In this document: positions 18,811 to 27,779 of the stretch, in pieces | Numbering within the stretch: position 1 is the stretch's first letter | Layout: each line of letters begins with the position of its first letter | From: Terriglobia bacterium | GTDB lineage: Bacteria; Acidobacteriota; Terriglobia; 20CM-2-55-15 | DNA length: 64,000 bases | Reading direction: 5' to 3' | NCBI GenBank assembly: GCA_965216035.1 | Contig: CBDCFM010000021.1 | Coordinates: 744,231 to 808,230 of the forward strand | Made by a program: the position numbers and the translations under genes | The notes under the pieces: generated by a model | What the model was told of the DNA's origin: nothing | Databases searched by the model: none | Seen by the model: only the letters and a program-made list of their open reading frames with translations

Positions 18811-21800
18811 ATGCAGAGGATCGTCCTTGCCCTGATGCTTTCGGGCCCCTTTGTTTCAATGGCTTGGGGGCAACTCGTCCTCAACGGCACCCATCTGACG
18901 GCGACGTCTCCGGAACTGACCGTTCGGTTTGAAGGAATCAATATCGGGTTGCTGACCAACAATCGTACCGGCGAGAGTTATATCGAATTTCCCGGATCCG
19001 GCTGGTTCGACCTTGGGATGCAGCACTCGTCTGGCATCGGACTCACACCCGGACCCTGGGCGATTCGCTTCGACGATTCGACCGGACGTCAAGTCGCCGA
19101 ACTGACGGCCAGTGACGCCGAACGCCCGCTGAAGCTATCGGTCAGCACGACGGCGCATGGCGAAATTTCGATCAGCATTTCGGGCCGATCCCTCCGGGAA
19201 GGGGTTCGCAGCGGTGTGTGGGGGATTCGTGAATTCGACCCGTCGAAGGGCCGGTTCCTTTTTCCGGGCCAGGGGGGTATCTATTTCGATTCCGCCAGTC
19301 CGCAGCAAAGGCTGGGACTGGAGTATCCGACGCATTGGGAAGCGCAGTTCGCGGTATTCGAATCGCAGGCCGCGGGTGGGCTCTTGATGTATGCCCGGGA
19401 CCCCCACCCCTACTTCAAGCGAGTGCATGCAACCCGCGAGTTCGGCACCCTCGATATCGCTATGGAGAGCTTCGCGGTGGCCCCATGGTCAAGCGCAACG
19501 GAAATCCCCACCATCGAATGGCGGCTGAAAGCCTTCGACGGCAGTTGGACAAATGCGGTGGATCACTATCGGGACTGGAGCCGCCAGCACGTGCCGGTGC
19601 CCTCACGACCGGATCCAGCATGGGCACGGGATGTCCAGGTTGTGATGACCGTGGCGAATCCCCGCTTGACCTACGTCGAAGAGCTCGCAGCCCGGGTCAC
19701 TCCCGAGGACACGCTTCTCTACCTGGTGAACTGGCGGGTAGACTCCTATGACGTCAACCTCCCGGACTACACGCCCACGGAAGCGACCACGGCTTTCGTG
19801 GAACAGGCACGCGCAATGGGATTCCGGATTATGCTCCACGTCAACGCGCTGGGTGTGGCGACGTATCACGAGCTCTATCCGTCACTTTCGCAATATCAGA
19901 TTCGGGACCCCGACTCCGGTGATCTGGTCTACTGGCCGTTCGGACTCTGGGGAGGTGCGGGTCTGCCACCGGACTACATTCCCATCTTCGCGATAATCTC
20001 TCCCGCAGCGCACGCCTATCGCCAGGCATGGCTGAATGCCTTGCGCCCCGCGTTGGAGAGTCTCAGACCCGATGCCCTCCACATCGACGCAGGTGGAGTC
20101 ATGCTCAACGATGCGAATGGCCTCGTCGAAGGCAACACGACGATCCAAGGGATGATCGCGATGATGGGCGAACTGCTCCAGACGTATCCGGATCTGGTCT
20201 TGTCGTATGAAAGCATGACCGAGTATGTGAGACCCCTATTCGGTTTCGCGCAACGATGGAGTTCGACGTTCCCGGCCCACCCGATCGGCACCTACCTGTT
20301 TGGAGACATCAATTTTTACGGATTCCTGGGGCAGAATCACCCGGATGACGCAGGCTTTATCGACTACATCAGACGCTATGAATCTCAGGGCGTGGTGCCG
20401 ACACTGGAACTCGATCACATCGTTCGACGCACCGAAGAAGGGGCGGAACTTCCAGTCACCGACATTATGCTTGAATTGATACGCTTGTGGCAGGTACACG
20501 ATTTTCGTCCGGACTGGGATTCGGAATGGGCTGAGAATACGCAGTTCCAGTTCATCAGCCGCGATGGCAGCACAACCGCTGTCGTTGAAGACCTGGAGTC
20601 CAATCGAGTCCGCCTGGCGGTGGATGGCGAAACCCTCTATGAGCGGGTTCGGAACACGACCCGCGTGGAAAGCGAGGGCTTCATCCCGGGTTGGAACGCA
20701 TTTGACGCATCATCCATATTTGGTCTTGATCCGGAGGCCGAATACTGGATTGCTCCCGCCAAGGAGCGGCCGAACGATGTTCCTTACCTGTCCGCGCTGG
20801 GGTCGACAGCGAAGCTGGGCTTGGGCACGAAAGCGACCGGGACATACGGATACTTCGAGTTGGAATCCGTAGGCGAGGACGAGTTTGAGTTGGCGGCGGC
20901 GCTGAATACCCTTAAACGGGGTGTGATCTTTTACGGACGGGAGTACGCGTTGACACGAAACGGTGTGGTCCAGGCCACGCCAACCCTGACAGGTGGTGAA
21001 GCGACGGACACGGTGCTGTTGATGCGGCCGCCCATCAACGCGACCGGTGCGGTTGTTTTCGGCGACGTCGAAACTCCCATTCCCCGGGGTCGCCCGTTCC
21101 TACAGTTCTCGACGGCCCTCACGGATTTCGCCATCGGGAGTGACGGTGCGCTCTTCGTTCTTCGGATCGATGGGACAGAAGTTTACCGCCAGATGGTATT
21201 TCCCGGGACCCAATCGAGCGCGCGCATCGACCTCGCGCGCTGGGCCGGCACAACGACGACCTTGCGATTCATCTTGCATCCCGGACCGCGATTGAATGCG
21301 TTCCAGGATATCGGTGCCTGGGCGGATCTCAGGATTACGAATGAAGACGACTCGAACCCGCGGGTCCCATTTTCACTCTCACTTCCGCCGACCAGCGTCT
21401 CCGCCCACGTCTCGGGTTCAGTTCAGTGGGACGGCAGCGCCGGTCCGGAGGTTTTTGAGGCCAGTGTCTCCCTTCCGGCAAGGCTCGCTGTGTTTTCTGT
21501 GCCTCCGATGCGCGTTGTCCCCGGCGACACCCTGCTGGATGTCGATTTTGATACCTGGAGTGCCTCATATGGAGGCCTGGCGCTCGAGGCCGCGGTGGAG
21601 TTGACCGGGCAGATTCGTTCCGTGAACTCGGAATTCGTCACTGAGGAATCGGCACTCGCAACGTATCCACCCGGAAAGGGCCGGACTCTTGTGACTTGGG
21701 CCGTGCGCCTGGACGAGAGCGTCTCCGCGATCGATGTTCGGGTCGGGTTGGCGGACCCGCCGCCGCTCCTACCGCAAACATTCGATTACTCCGGAGCACA

Positions 21801-21984
21801 GGTTGCGCTTCGGATCAACGGCGAACTGGAATGGAACGAAGAACTCCGGTCGCCGGGCTGGAAGGACCGAACGATTGATGTCTCACGCTGGGCGGGCCAA
21901 AGTGTCGTCGTCGAACTCGAAGTGGATGCGCTGTCCAGCTCGATCCTCGACTGGGTGCACTGGGCGGGTCTTAAATTCCGATAA
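18811..21984 (+). CDS. Large secreted protein (1058 aa), TIM-barrel hydrolase-like middle region plus two tandem C-terminal beta-domain repeats
   Basis: Signal peptide MQRIVLALMLSGPFVSMAWG. Internal repeat …LRI[DN]G.E…[DI][DL].RWAG…L.[FV].L… occurs twice near the C-terminus. I recognise no named family with confidence. Confidence 0.55.
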   Translation: MQRIVLALMLSGPFVSMAWGQLVLNGTHLTATSPELTVRFEGINIGLLTNNRTGESYIEFPGSGWFDLGMQHSSGIGLTPGPWAIRFDDSTGRQVAELTASDAERPLKLSVSTTAHGEISISISGRSLREGVRSGVWGIREFDPSKGRFLFPGQGGIYFDSASPQQRLGLEYPTHWEAQFAVFESQAAGGLLMYARDPHPYFKRVHATREFGTLDIAMESFAVAPWSSATEIPTIEWRLKAFDGSWTNAVDHYRDWSRQHVPVPSRPDPAWARDVQVVMTVANPRLTYVEELAARVTPEDTLLYLVNWRVDSYDVNLPDYTPTEATTAFVEQARAMGFRIMLHVNALGVATYHELYPSLSQYQIRDPDSGDLVYWPFGLWGGAGLPPDYIPIFAIISPAAHAYRQAWLNALRPALESLRPDALHIDAGGVMLNDANGLVEGNTTIQGMIAMMGELLQTYPDLVLSYESMTEYVRPLFGFAQRWSSTFPAHPIGTYLFGDINFYGFLGQNHPDDAGFIDYIRRYESQGVVPTLELDHIVRRTEEGAELPVTDIMLELIRLWQVHDFRPDWDSEWAENTQFQFISRDGSTTAVVEDLESNRVRLAVDGETLYERVRNTTRVESEGFIPGWNAFDASSIFGLDPEAEYWIAPAKERPNDVPYLSALGSTAKLGLGTKATGTYGYFELESVGEDEFELAAALNTLKRGVIFYGREYALTRNGVVQATPTLTGGEATDTVLLMRPPINATGAVVFGDVETPIPRGRPFLQFSTALTDFAIGSDGALFVLRIDGTEVYRQMVFPGTQSSARIDLARWAGTTTTLRFILHPGPRLNAFQDIGAWADLRITNEDDSNPRVPFSLSLPPTSVSAHVSGSVQWDGSAGPEVFEASVSLPARLAVFSVPPMRVVPGDTLLDVDFDTWSASYGGLALEAAVELTGQIRSVNSEFVTEESALATYPPGKGRTLVTWAVRLDESVSAIDVRVGLADPPPLLPQTFDYSGAQVALRINGELEWNEELRSPGWKDRTIDVSRWAGQSVVVELEVDALSSSILDWVHWAGLKFR

Positions 21985-22012
21985 GTCGGGCCCGCGGGTC
22001 CGACAGCCTGAC

Positions 22013-22954
22013 TTACGAATGACCCGGTAAGGCCTCCAGCGTCCGAAGGATTCCCTCAGCGAGGTTGAGCCGGGGGGCCCAGTGGAGTTCCTCACGTGCC
22101 TTCCGAATGTCCAGGACAGCCCAGTCAGGCAACCAGCGGGCCGTTTCTCCAGCGAGAGTTTCTTCCCGTAGAAGGGTTAATCCAGAACATTGTTCGATCA
22201 AATCGAGAACTGCCGAGACCGAATGCCCGCGGCCAGACCCGATGTTGTAGACCGAGATCGAACCTGAAGGTTCAAGAACGCGCCGGCAGGCCTCGGCGAT
22301 GTCGTCCAAATGAATATAGTCGCGGATGTTTCCAGCGTTGCCAAAAATCCGAATGGGGCGGCGGGCGATCGCCCGACTCAAGGCGACTCCGATCAAACCC
22401 TGCGTCCGCTGGTGGGGCAGCGGGGTTCCGTAGGCATTGCCGACTCGCAGTACAGCAACGGAAATCGAACCCCGTTCGGCCGCCAAGCGAAGATAGTGCT
22501 CTCCCATCAGTTTCTGTATCCCGTAGGAGGACGAGGGACTGCAACAATCGGTTTCCCGAAATGGGGTCCGATCCTCCGACGGCTCGTAGATTGCCCCCCC
22601 ACTACTAAAATAGATCACATGGGGCCGGCTCGTTCGTGCGCCGTCGATAGCCTGGAGAAGGTTGAGCAGCGGGATCATGTTCATGTGCGCATCGCTCGCC
22701 ATGTCCCGATCGGAATCGACCGGCGAGTTCCGGTGAGCGAGATGAAACAGAACATCTATCCCGTTGACGAATCGCTTGCAATCTTCAAGTGACGTCAAAT
22801 CACCGAAATGAACGTTGACGTTGGAATAGAATGCCGGGGACGATGACGACGGACGCCGGGCGAAGACACGGATGTCGTGCTCTCCGATTTGACTGAAGAA
22901 GCGTACCAGGTACGAGCCGACGAAGCCCGCGGCACCGGTGAATCCTAAAACCAT
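22013..22954 (-). CDS. NAD-dependent epimerase/dehydratase (extended SDR)
   Basis: N-terminus MVLGFTGAAGFVGSYLVRFF and an active-site YGIQK motif. Confidence 0.85.
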   Translation of the reverse strand: MVLGFTGAAGFVGSYLVRFFSQIGEHDIRVFARRPSSSSPAFYSNVNVHFGDLTSLEDCKRFVNGIDVLFHLAHRNSPVDSDRDMASDAHMNMIPLLNLLQAIDGARTSRPHVIYFSSGGAIYEPSEDRTPFRETDCCSPSSSYGIQKLMGEHYLRLAAERGSISVAVLRVGNAYGTPLPHQRTQGLIGVALSRAIARRPIRIFGNAGNIRDYIHLDDIAEACRRVLEPSGSISVYNIGSGRGHSVSAVLDLIEQCSGLTLLREETLAGETARWLPDWAVLDIRKAREELHWAPRLNLAEGILRTLEALPGHS

Positions 22955-22993
22955 GGTTCAACCAGTCGCGATTCTTTCAGCGGGATACAGCAA

Positions 22994-24240
22994 TTGCAAG
23001 GTCAAATGACTCAGAGTCAAAAGGGCCAGCCACGCAAGGTTGGCGTCCTGCACCTGATCTATTCGTGCAGCTACGGGGGAATTGAGACCGCCGTGCTGAA
23101 CTGGGTCCGAGGCTTCGACCGCTCCCGTTTCGACATTCATGTCGCCTATTTCGCGGGCGACCGCAGCCGCGAGATTCCGTTTCTCAAAGCTGCAGAGGCG
23201 GCGGGAATCAATGTGATCCCCGTTCCATGGACCAAGTTCAAGCCATTCCTCCGCTGCGCACGCGAGGTGGCACGAATGGTCCGGGAATACGATATCGACA
23301 TCGTGCATACCCACGCTTACTACGGGGACGCCGTCGGTGCGCTGGCCGGATTAATCGCGCCGGTTCGAATCATCGCGACCGTATACGTATGGGGCAAGTA
23401 TGAACTCCATCGTCAGCTGATGCAGTTCATCGACTGGACCAGCATCCAGTTTATGGACAAGGTGACGGCCACTGCCGCGACACCTGGAGGCGGACTTTCG
23501 TGCTCGGCGTTCCGAGGGCTGAAATCCCGATATTGGTTCCGGGCTACCCCGAACCCGGTTCAACGCTTACACCCTCGGAGCGGAGCAAGGTCCGCCGCGG
23601 GGAGGGGATCGGCGACGGCCAGATCCTGCTGCTCAACGCAGGCCGACTCGCACCGGAAAAGGCTCACGACCAACTTCTCGAAAGCTTTCGGTTGGTACAC
23701 GACCGGTTTCCGCAAACGCACCTTTGGATCTGTGGAGAGGGCTTGCCGCAGGTGGAACGCAATATCCGGGCCCTTCGAAAGAAACTCGACCTGGAGTCCT
23801 CGGTGGAGATGAAGGGTTTTCGTTCCGACTACGCGGGTACGCTGCAGATGGCCGACATGATGGTTCATCCGACACACGTCGAAGGGATGCCCCTGGCGAT
23901 AATGGGCGGGGCGGCAGCCGGCTTGCCGATTGTAGCCTCGGCGATAGGCGATGTCCCGGAGATCCTCGACAACGGACGCGCTGGCTGCCTGATCCAGGAA
24001 AACGATGTGAAGGGCTTTGCCGCGCAGGTCATGGTGCTGTTGGAAGATCCCGAACAGGCCCGCAAACTCGGCATCGCTGCAGGTAACCGAATGCGGACGG
24101 AGTTTTCCATCCGTGCCGCAGTCAGGCGTGTGGAGGATGTCTACCAGGAGATGCTTCTAAGTCATCCCCGGCACCACCTCCGTGTCCTGAGGTCGTTGTT
24201 TGCCCGTGAGAGGGGACCAAGACCTACGCCTGCACGTTAA
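22994..24240 (+). pseudogene. GT4 glycosyltransferase interrupted by a -1 frameshift near 23479
   Basis: The N-domain (KVGVLHLIYS…GGIE…FMDKVTATA) is in one frame. The C-domain (TWRRTFVLGVPRAEI…EX7E-like EGMPLAIMGGAAAGLPIVAS) is in the -1 frame (ORF 23500..24240). The frames join cleanly if one base is restored at about 23479. No homopolymer is present at the site. Confidence 0.55.
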
Positions 24241-24680
24241 ACGAACGCCGGAGGTGGGCGTCTAAGGCTGGGGACATCGTCTTCGTCCTCAATGAGGATG
24301 CATCGCGATTGCCAGGCACGCCATCGGCCCCCACCCGCCCGGCGCCGGTGGGCCCGGTTTCCGAGGTTGGGCACGACGCACTCGGAACGATCAACGGCCC
24401 GAATCCCAGGATCGGACTGACACCGAACACCATGGGGAACGAAGCCAACACTCCGGCTAACAAGGTGCAATGATTCAACCAGACCGTTGATCTGGGCGTC
24501 AACTTCATGATGCTGGCAGACCTCAGCGATCAGGTACGCGGGGACCTGTCGTTGTTCTACGGTTTGGGGGGCGACGAGGCGTTCGGGCCATTCCTCCAGT
24601 CGCTTGGGATGTTCGATTCGATGGGAAATCCAAAGGCAACCTGGCACGTATTTACCGAGAACGTTCCGCTGAGGTGAGGC

Positions 24681-25382
24681 CTACGGGCCCTTCGGTGAGT
24701 TCATCGTGAGTACGACACCCACGAAGCGCAGATGCAGGCGGTTCAGGTCCTCAAGGAACTGACGCAGATGGTCCTGGCGCCGTCGGCCGGCAGCCATCGC
24801 CACCACGACGCCGTCGGCGATCGAAGACAGCATCACGCCCGCCGGGCCGTCTAACGCCACCCCGCAACTGACAAGCACGTAACGGAACCGGGTCCTCATC
24901 TGGTCGAATACGAAGCTTGCCCGGGAAGTTCCCAGCAGAGACGTGGGGCTGGAACAGCGACCTATCGGGAGGACGGACAAGTTTGCCTGCAGCGTGGAAC
25001 GGCAGGCAGTATCGAGTTCGGAAGCGTCGCCCAGGACGTCGAACAGTCCCGGAGACGGTTCTGTTTCCAGCAGTTTGTGAATCGATGGCGTACGAAGGTC
25101 CCCGTCGATGACCAGCACCTCGTCTGAACTGATCGTGGCCATGGCAGCGCCCACCTTCAGAACGAGCGGCGCAGTTCCGTCGTTGGGCGTCAGCCCGGAA
25201 AAAGCGACCATCCTCTCAGACGGGCCGAGAAGAATTTTCAAGCGGGCCGCTGTCTGGAGAGCCTCATCAGAGGGTTCCAGCAACTGCGACACCAGGGCCA
25301 GAGAACGGGAATCGGCTCCGGACGTGTCAACGACGCGATCGATCGTTGGACCGATGCGGCTTCCACTAATCTCGCTTGTCAT
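24681..25382 (-). CDS. BY-kinase/CpsD-like P-loop ATPase domain protein with a degenerate Walker A
   Basis: The overall layout matches Wzc/CpsD ATPase domains: Walker A' as VLVIDGDLRTPSIHKL, the LPIG motif, and FRYVLVS…DG. Walker A reads GLTPNDGTAPLV in place of PGEGKST, so the P-loop Lys is missing. The ATG overlaps the wzz stop. Confidence 0.6.
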   Translation of the reverse strand: MTSEISGSRIGPTIDRVVDTSGADSRSLALVSQLLEPSDEALQTAARLKILLGPSERMVAFSGLTPNDGTAPLVLKVGAAMATISSDEVLVIDGDLRTPSIHKLLETEPSPGLFDVLGDASELDTACRSTLQANLSVLPIGRCSSPTSLLGTSRASFVFDQMRTRFRYVLVSCGVALDGPAGVMLSSIADGVVVAMAAGRRRQDHLRQFLEDLNRLHLRFVGVVLTMNSPKGP

Positions 25383-26941
25383 GCGCTTTCAGACCTTTTG
25401 AAGTCAATGGATCCCAGATAGACCACGTTTTCCATAGCCAGCACCGACCGTTCGTCCAGGATTCGGTCCTCCGTAGTCTCAAGCAACACCGCCAGACCGA
25501 GCCCCAACATCAGGGATACGGTCATTCCAATCTCCATCAGAAAGACCTTGTTGGGATAGGACGGTTCGGCCGGGACCGCCGCCGGTGCCACCGTAACGAC
25601 GTTCGCAACCCGAAGAGAGTCCAGTTGCTCGTTCATCTGGGCTTCTTCAAGTCGTTCCGAATAGGCAAGGAACTCCTGGCGGGCGACCTCGTAGTCGAGG
25701 TCTGCCCGCAAATACTCATCGTAACCATCGGTGATTCTCTTGATTGTGTCCACCAACTCCTGTTCCGGCCCTCGAAGGAAATCGTTCCGTCGCCGGAAAC
25801 TTTGGATCCGGACCTGGCTGTTCTCGATTTCGGATTCGAAGTTTCTACGAGTCGGGTTCGCCTCAGACGTGACGGCGCTGACGATCGTTGCGTCTTCATC
25901 CGCGGTTGCTCGCTCGAGTTCCGCGATTTCGCTCTCGATCTTCCGCACCGTCTCGGAAGTCGGCAGGTAACGGCTCACAATCTGGGTGCGTTCCACGCGA
26001 AGTTCGGTCAGTCGCTCCTGGATCGACATGATCGTCGGATTGTGTGCTCGAACCAGTTCCTTCTCGACCATTTCGGGAAGATCACCAGACCGGGTCTGCA
26101 TCAACTCGACCTGCCGCTGCATGCGGACGATGTCGGCCTCATTCCCCACAATTTCGGATTCGATCTCTGCGAGCTGATTCAGGTACTGGGCCCGCTCCTC
26201 GGAGGGAGCCTGAAAGCCCCAAAGTTCCCGGATCTGCAACCGCTCCCGGCTCAAATCTTCCAGGCGGCTCTCGGTTTCGGCCAGCCTCTCTGCAAAAAAC
26301 TGGGAGCCCGCCGACGTCGCTCGAATCGTCGTGCGCCGCTCGAAATACTCTTCCAGCATCACTTCGGCTACCTGCACCGACAGCTCGGGTGATGTCGTGG
26401 CAACACGGAGGGTCAGTATGTCGGAGTCCCGGATCGGCTCCACCGCGACTCCCTGTTCCACGGCAACAATGGTCTCTTCGCGCTCGGTCAGCCGCTCTTT
26501 GAGCGCGGTCACGATTAGGAACTCGTTCCACAAGCGCCTTGCCTCTCGTGCAGCCTGCTTCGCATATAACTTGGCCTCGCCGACGAAGGATTCCGGAACA
26601 GGGTCAACTGGTCGGAAAGCTTCGGGTCCGATTCGATCCACGGCGGTCTCGACCAGCGAGCGGCTCGAGAGGATCTCGACTTCAGAATTGATGTCTGCAA
26701 CGCGTACTCCCTGTACCATCAACTGCCCGCGTTGCACGGTGTCGGGCGTCTCAGCATTCTGCGGGCCCAACTTCACGAGGAGTCGAACCTGCGTCTCATA
26801 CATTTCGGTGAAGTAAATGCCGATGAATCCCCACATCGCGATCGTGCCGGTGAGAAAGACAGTCATCACGACGAGCCAGTACTTTCGGATCAGGGTGGCC
26901 AATTCCGTCTTCGAGATGGAATGTTGGTTCGAATTCAGCAT
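25379..26941 (-). CDS. wzz: Polysaccharide chain-length determinant / co-polymerase (Wzz/GumC-like PCP)
   Basis: Wzz-type N-terminus with a TM helix, a long coiled-coil periplasmic region, and a C-terminal TM (VFLMEIGMTVSLMLGLGLAVLLE). Confidence 0.8.
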   Translation of the reverse strand: MLNSNQHSISKTELATLIRKYWLVVMTVFLTGTIAMWGFIGIYFTEMYETQVRLLVKLGPQNAETPDTVQRGQLMVQGVRVADINSEVEILSSRSLVETAVDRIGPEAFRPVDPVPESFVGEAKLYAKQAAREARRLWNEFLIVTALKERLTEREETIVAVEQGVAVEPIRDSDILTLRVATTSPELSVQVAEVMLEEYFERRTTIRATSAGSQFFAERLAETESRLEDLSRERLQIRELWGFQAPSEERAQYLNQLAEIESEIVGNEADIVRMQRQVELMQTRSGDLPEMVEKELVRAHNPTIMSIQERLTELRVERTQIVSRYLPTSETVRKIESEIAELERATADEDATIVSAVTSEANPTRRNFESEIENSQVRIQSFRRRNDFLRGPEQELVDTIKRITDGYDEYLRADLDYEVARQEFLAYSERLEEAQMNEQLDSLRVANVVTVAPAAVPAEPSYPNKVFLMEIGMTVSLMLGLGLAVLLETTEDRILDERSVLAMENVVYLGSIDFKRSESA

Positions 26942-26944
26942 CGA

Positions 26945-27721
26945 TCAGAAAACAGGAACGAAGCCGCTCCCACCTCCCACTCTCTGGAACACGTACGTGA
27001 ATCCGGCCGACAAGTTCACCGGGTTGAGTTGGCGAATGTGTTGGTCGACCCAGCGGCCCATACGGGTAATCCTGCTGGCGGGCACAACAATCACGTCAAA
27101 CGGGGAGAGCTCGGCCAGGGAATCGAGACGGATGTTGTCACCGTCGTTGTCACCGTCGATGTAGGGCTCCATCCGCTGTCCTACCGGGTTCCCGTCGGCG
27201 CTCTTTCGAATCAGGACCACAGTGTTCCCATCTGCGGTTGGCAGAGGACCCCCGGCCGCTCCGATCGCCTGCAAGAGTGTCAGTTCAGGGATCAGGTCGA
27301 TCGGCCCGGGGCGCGGAACTTCGCCGGTGACATAGACCATGAGTCTCGCAAACTCCCGGACCTGCAGGATCACCTCCGGTGACCGAAGTTCTCCGGCATA
27401 GCGATCCTGGATCAGGCCCGTGGCCTGTCCGATCGTTAGCCCACCTAGGACGACCTCACCAATCAACTGAAGCGAGACACGCCCGTCTGGACGGAGTTCG
27501 GCAGTGTCATTCAACTCAGGATTGAAGTAGAATCGGAACTCGACGATATCGCCCGCCGTGAGGCGATAGGCGGGAGCCTCGGAGTTGGCAGGATTCTGGG
27601 GGATCCCCTCAGCGAAGGCCGTCCAGTTTGCGAGCAAGGCAGTGCCGAGCCCGCCTGCGACCCACCACAGAATCCGTCCGCTAGGAGTCTGCGCGGCAGA
27701 GCGCGAAGAAGTCGGATTCAT
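26945..27721 (-). CDS. wza: Polysaccharide export outer-membrane protein (Wza/OPX; Poly_export + SLBB)
   Basis: YRLTAGDIVEFRFYFNPELN…LRPDGRVSLQLIGEV…GLT…is typical of the OPX family. Start taken at MNPTSS. The ORF-track entry extends to 27775. Confidence 0.8.
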   Translation of the reverse strand: MNPTSSRSAAQTPSGRILWWVAGGLGTALLANWTAFAEGIPQNPANSEAPAYRLTAGDIVEFRFYFNPELNDTAELRPDGRVSLQLIGEVVLGGLTIGQATGLIQDRYAGELRSPEVILQVREFARLMVYVTGEVPRPGPIDLIPELTLLQAIGAAGGPLPTADGNTVVLIRKSADGNPVGQRMEPYIDGDNDGDNIRLDSLAELSPFDVIVVPASRITRMGRWVDQHIRQLNPVNLSAGFTYVFQRVGGGSGFVPVF

Positions 27722-27779
27722 TGGAATTTGAGAGGGTCTTCGGAGGAGAAGGGATCGATTTCTCCGATACGACAAGTTC

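Noticed and set aside
21986-22010. A 20-nt GC-rich palindrome (gtcgggcccgcgggtccgac) between convergent genes
   Set aside because: It is plausibly a bidirectional terminator hairpin, but it has no U-tract on either side. It was not called as a terminator.
24237-24647. 136-aa ORF on the minus strand in the convergent region between the GT4 pseudogene and the kinase-like gene
   Set aside because: It has no ribosome-binding site, no motif, and composition typical of a GC-driven open frame, so it was left unannotated.
24642-24660. TGGCAC-N5 'sigma54-like' string in the convergent gap at 24.6 kb, with similar scans upstream of the PEP-CTERM gene
   Set aside because: The -12 element (TTGC[AT]) is absent (it reads TACCG). 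No gene is oriented to use it. No convincing GG-N10-GC promoter was found upstream of the PEP-CTERM gene either.
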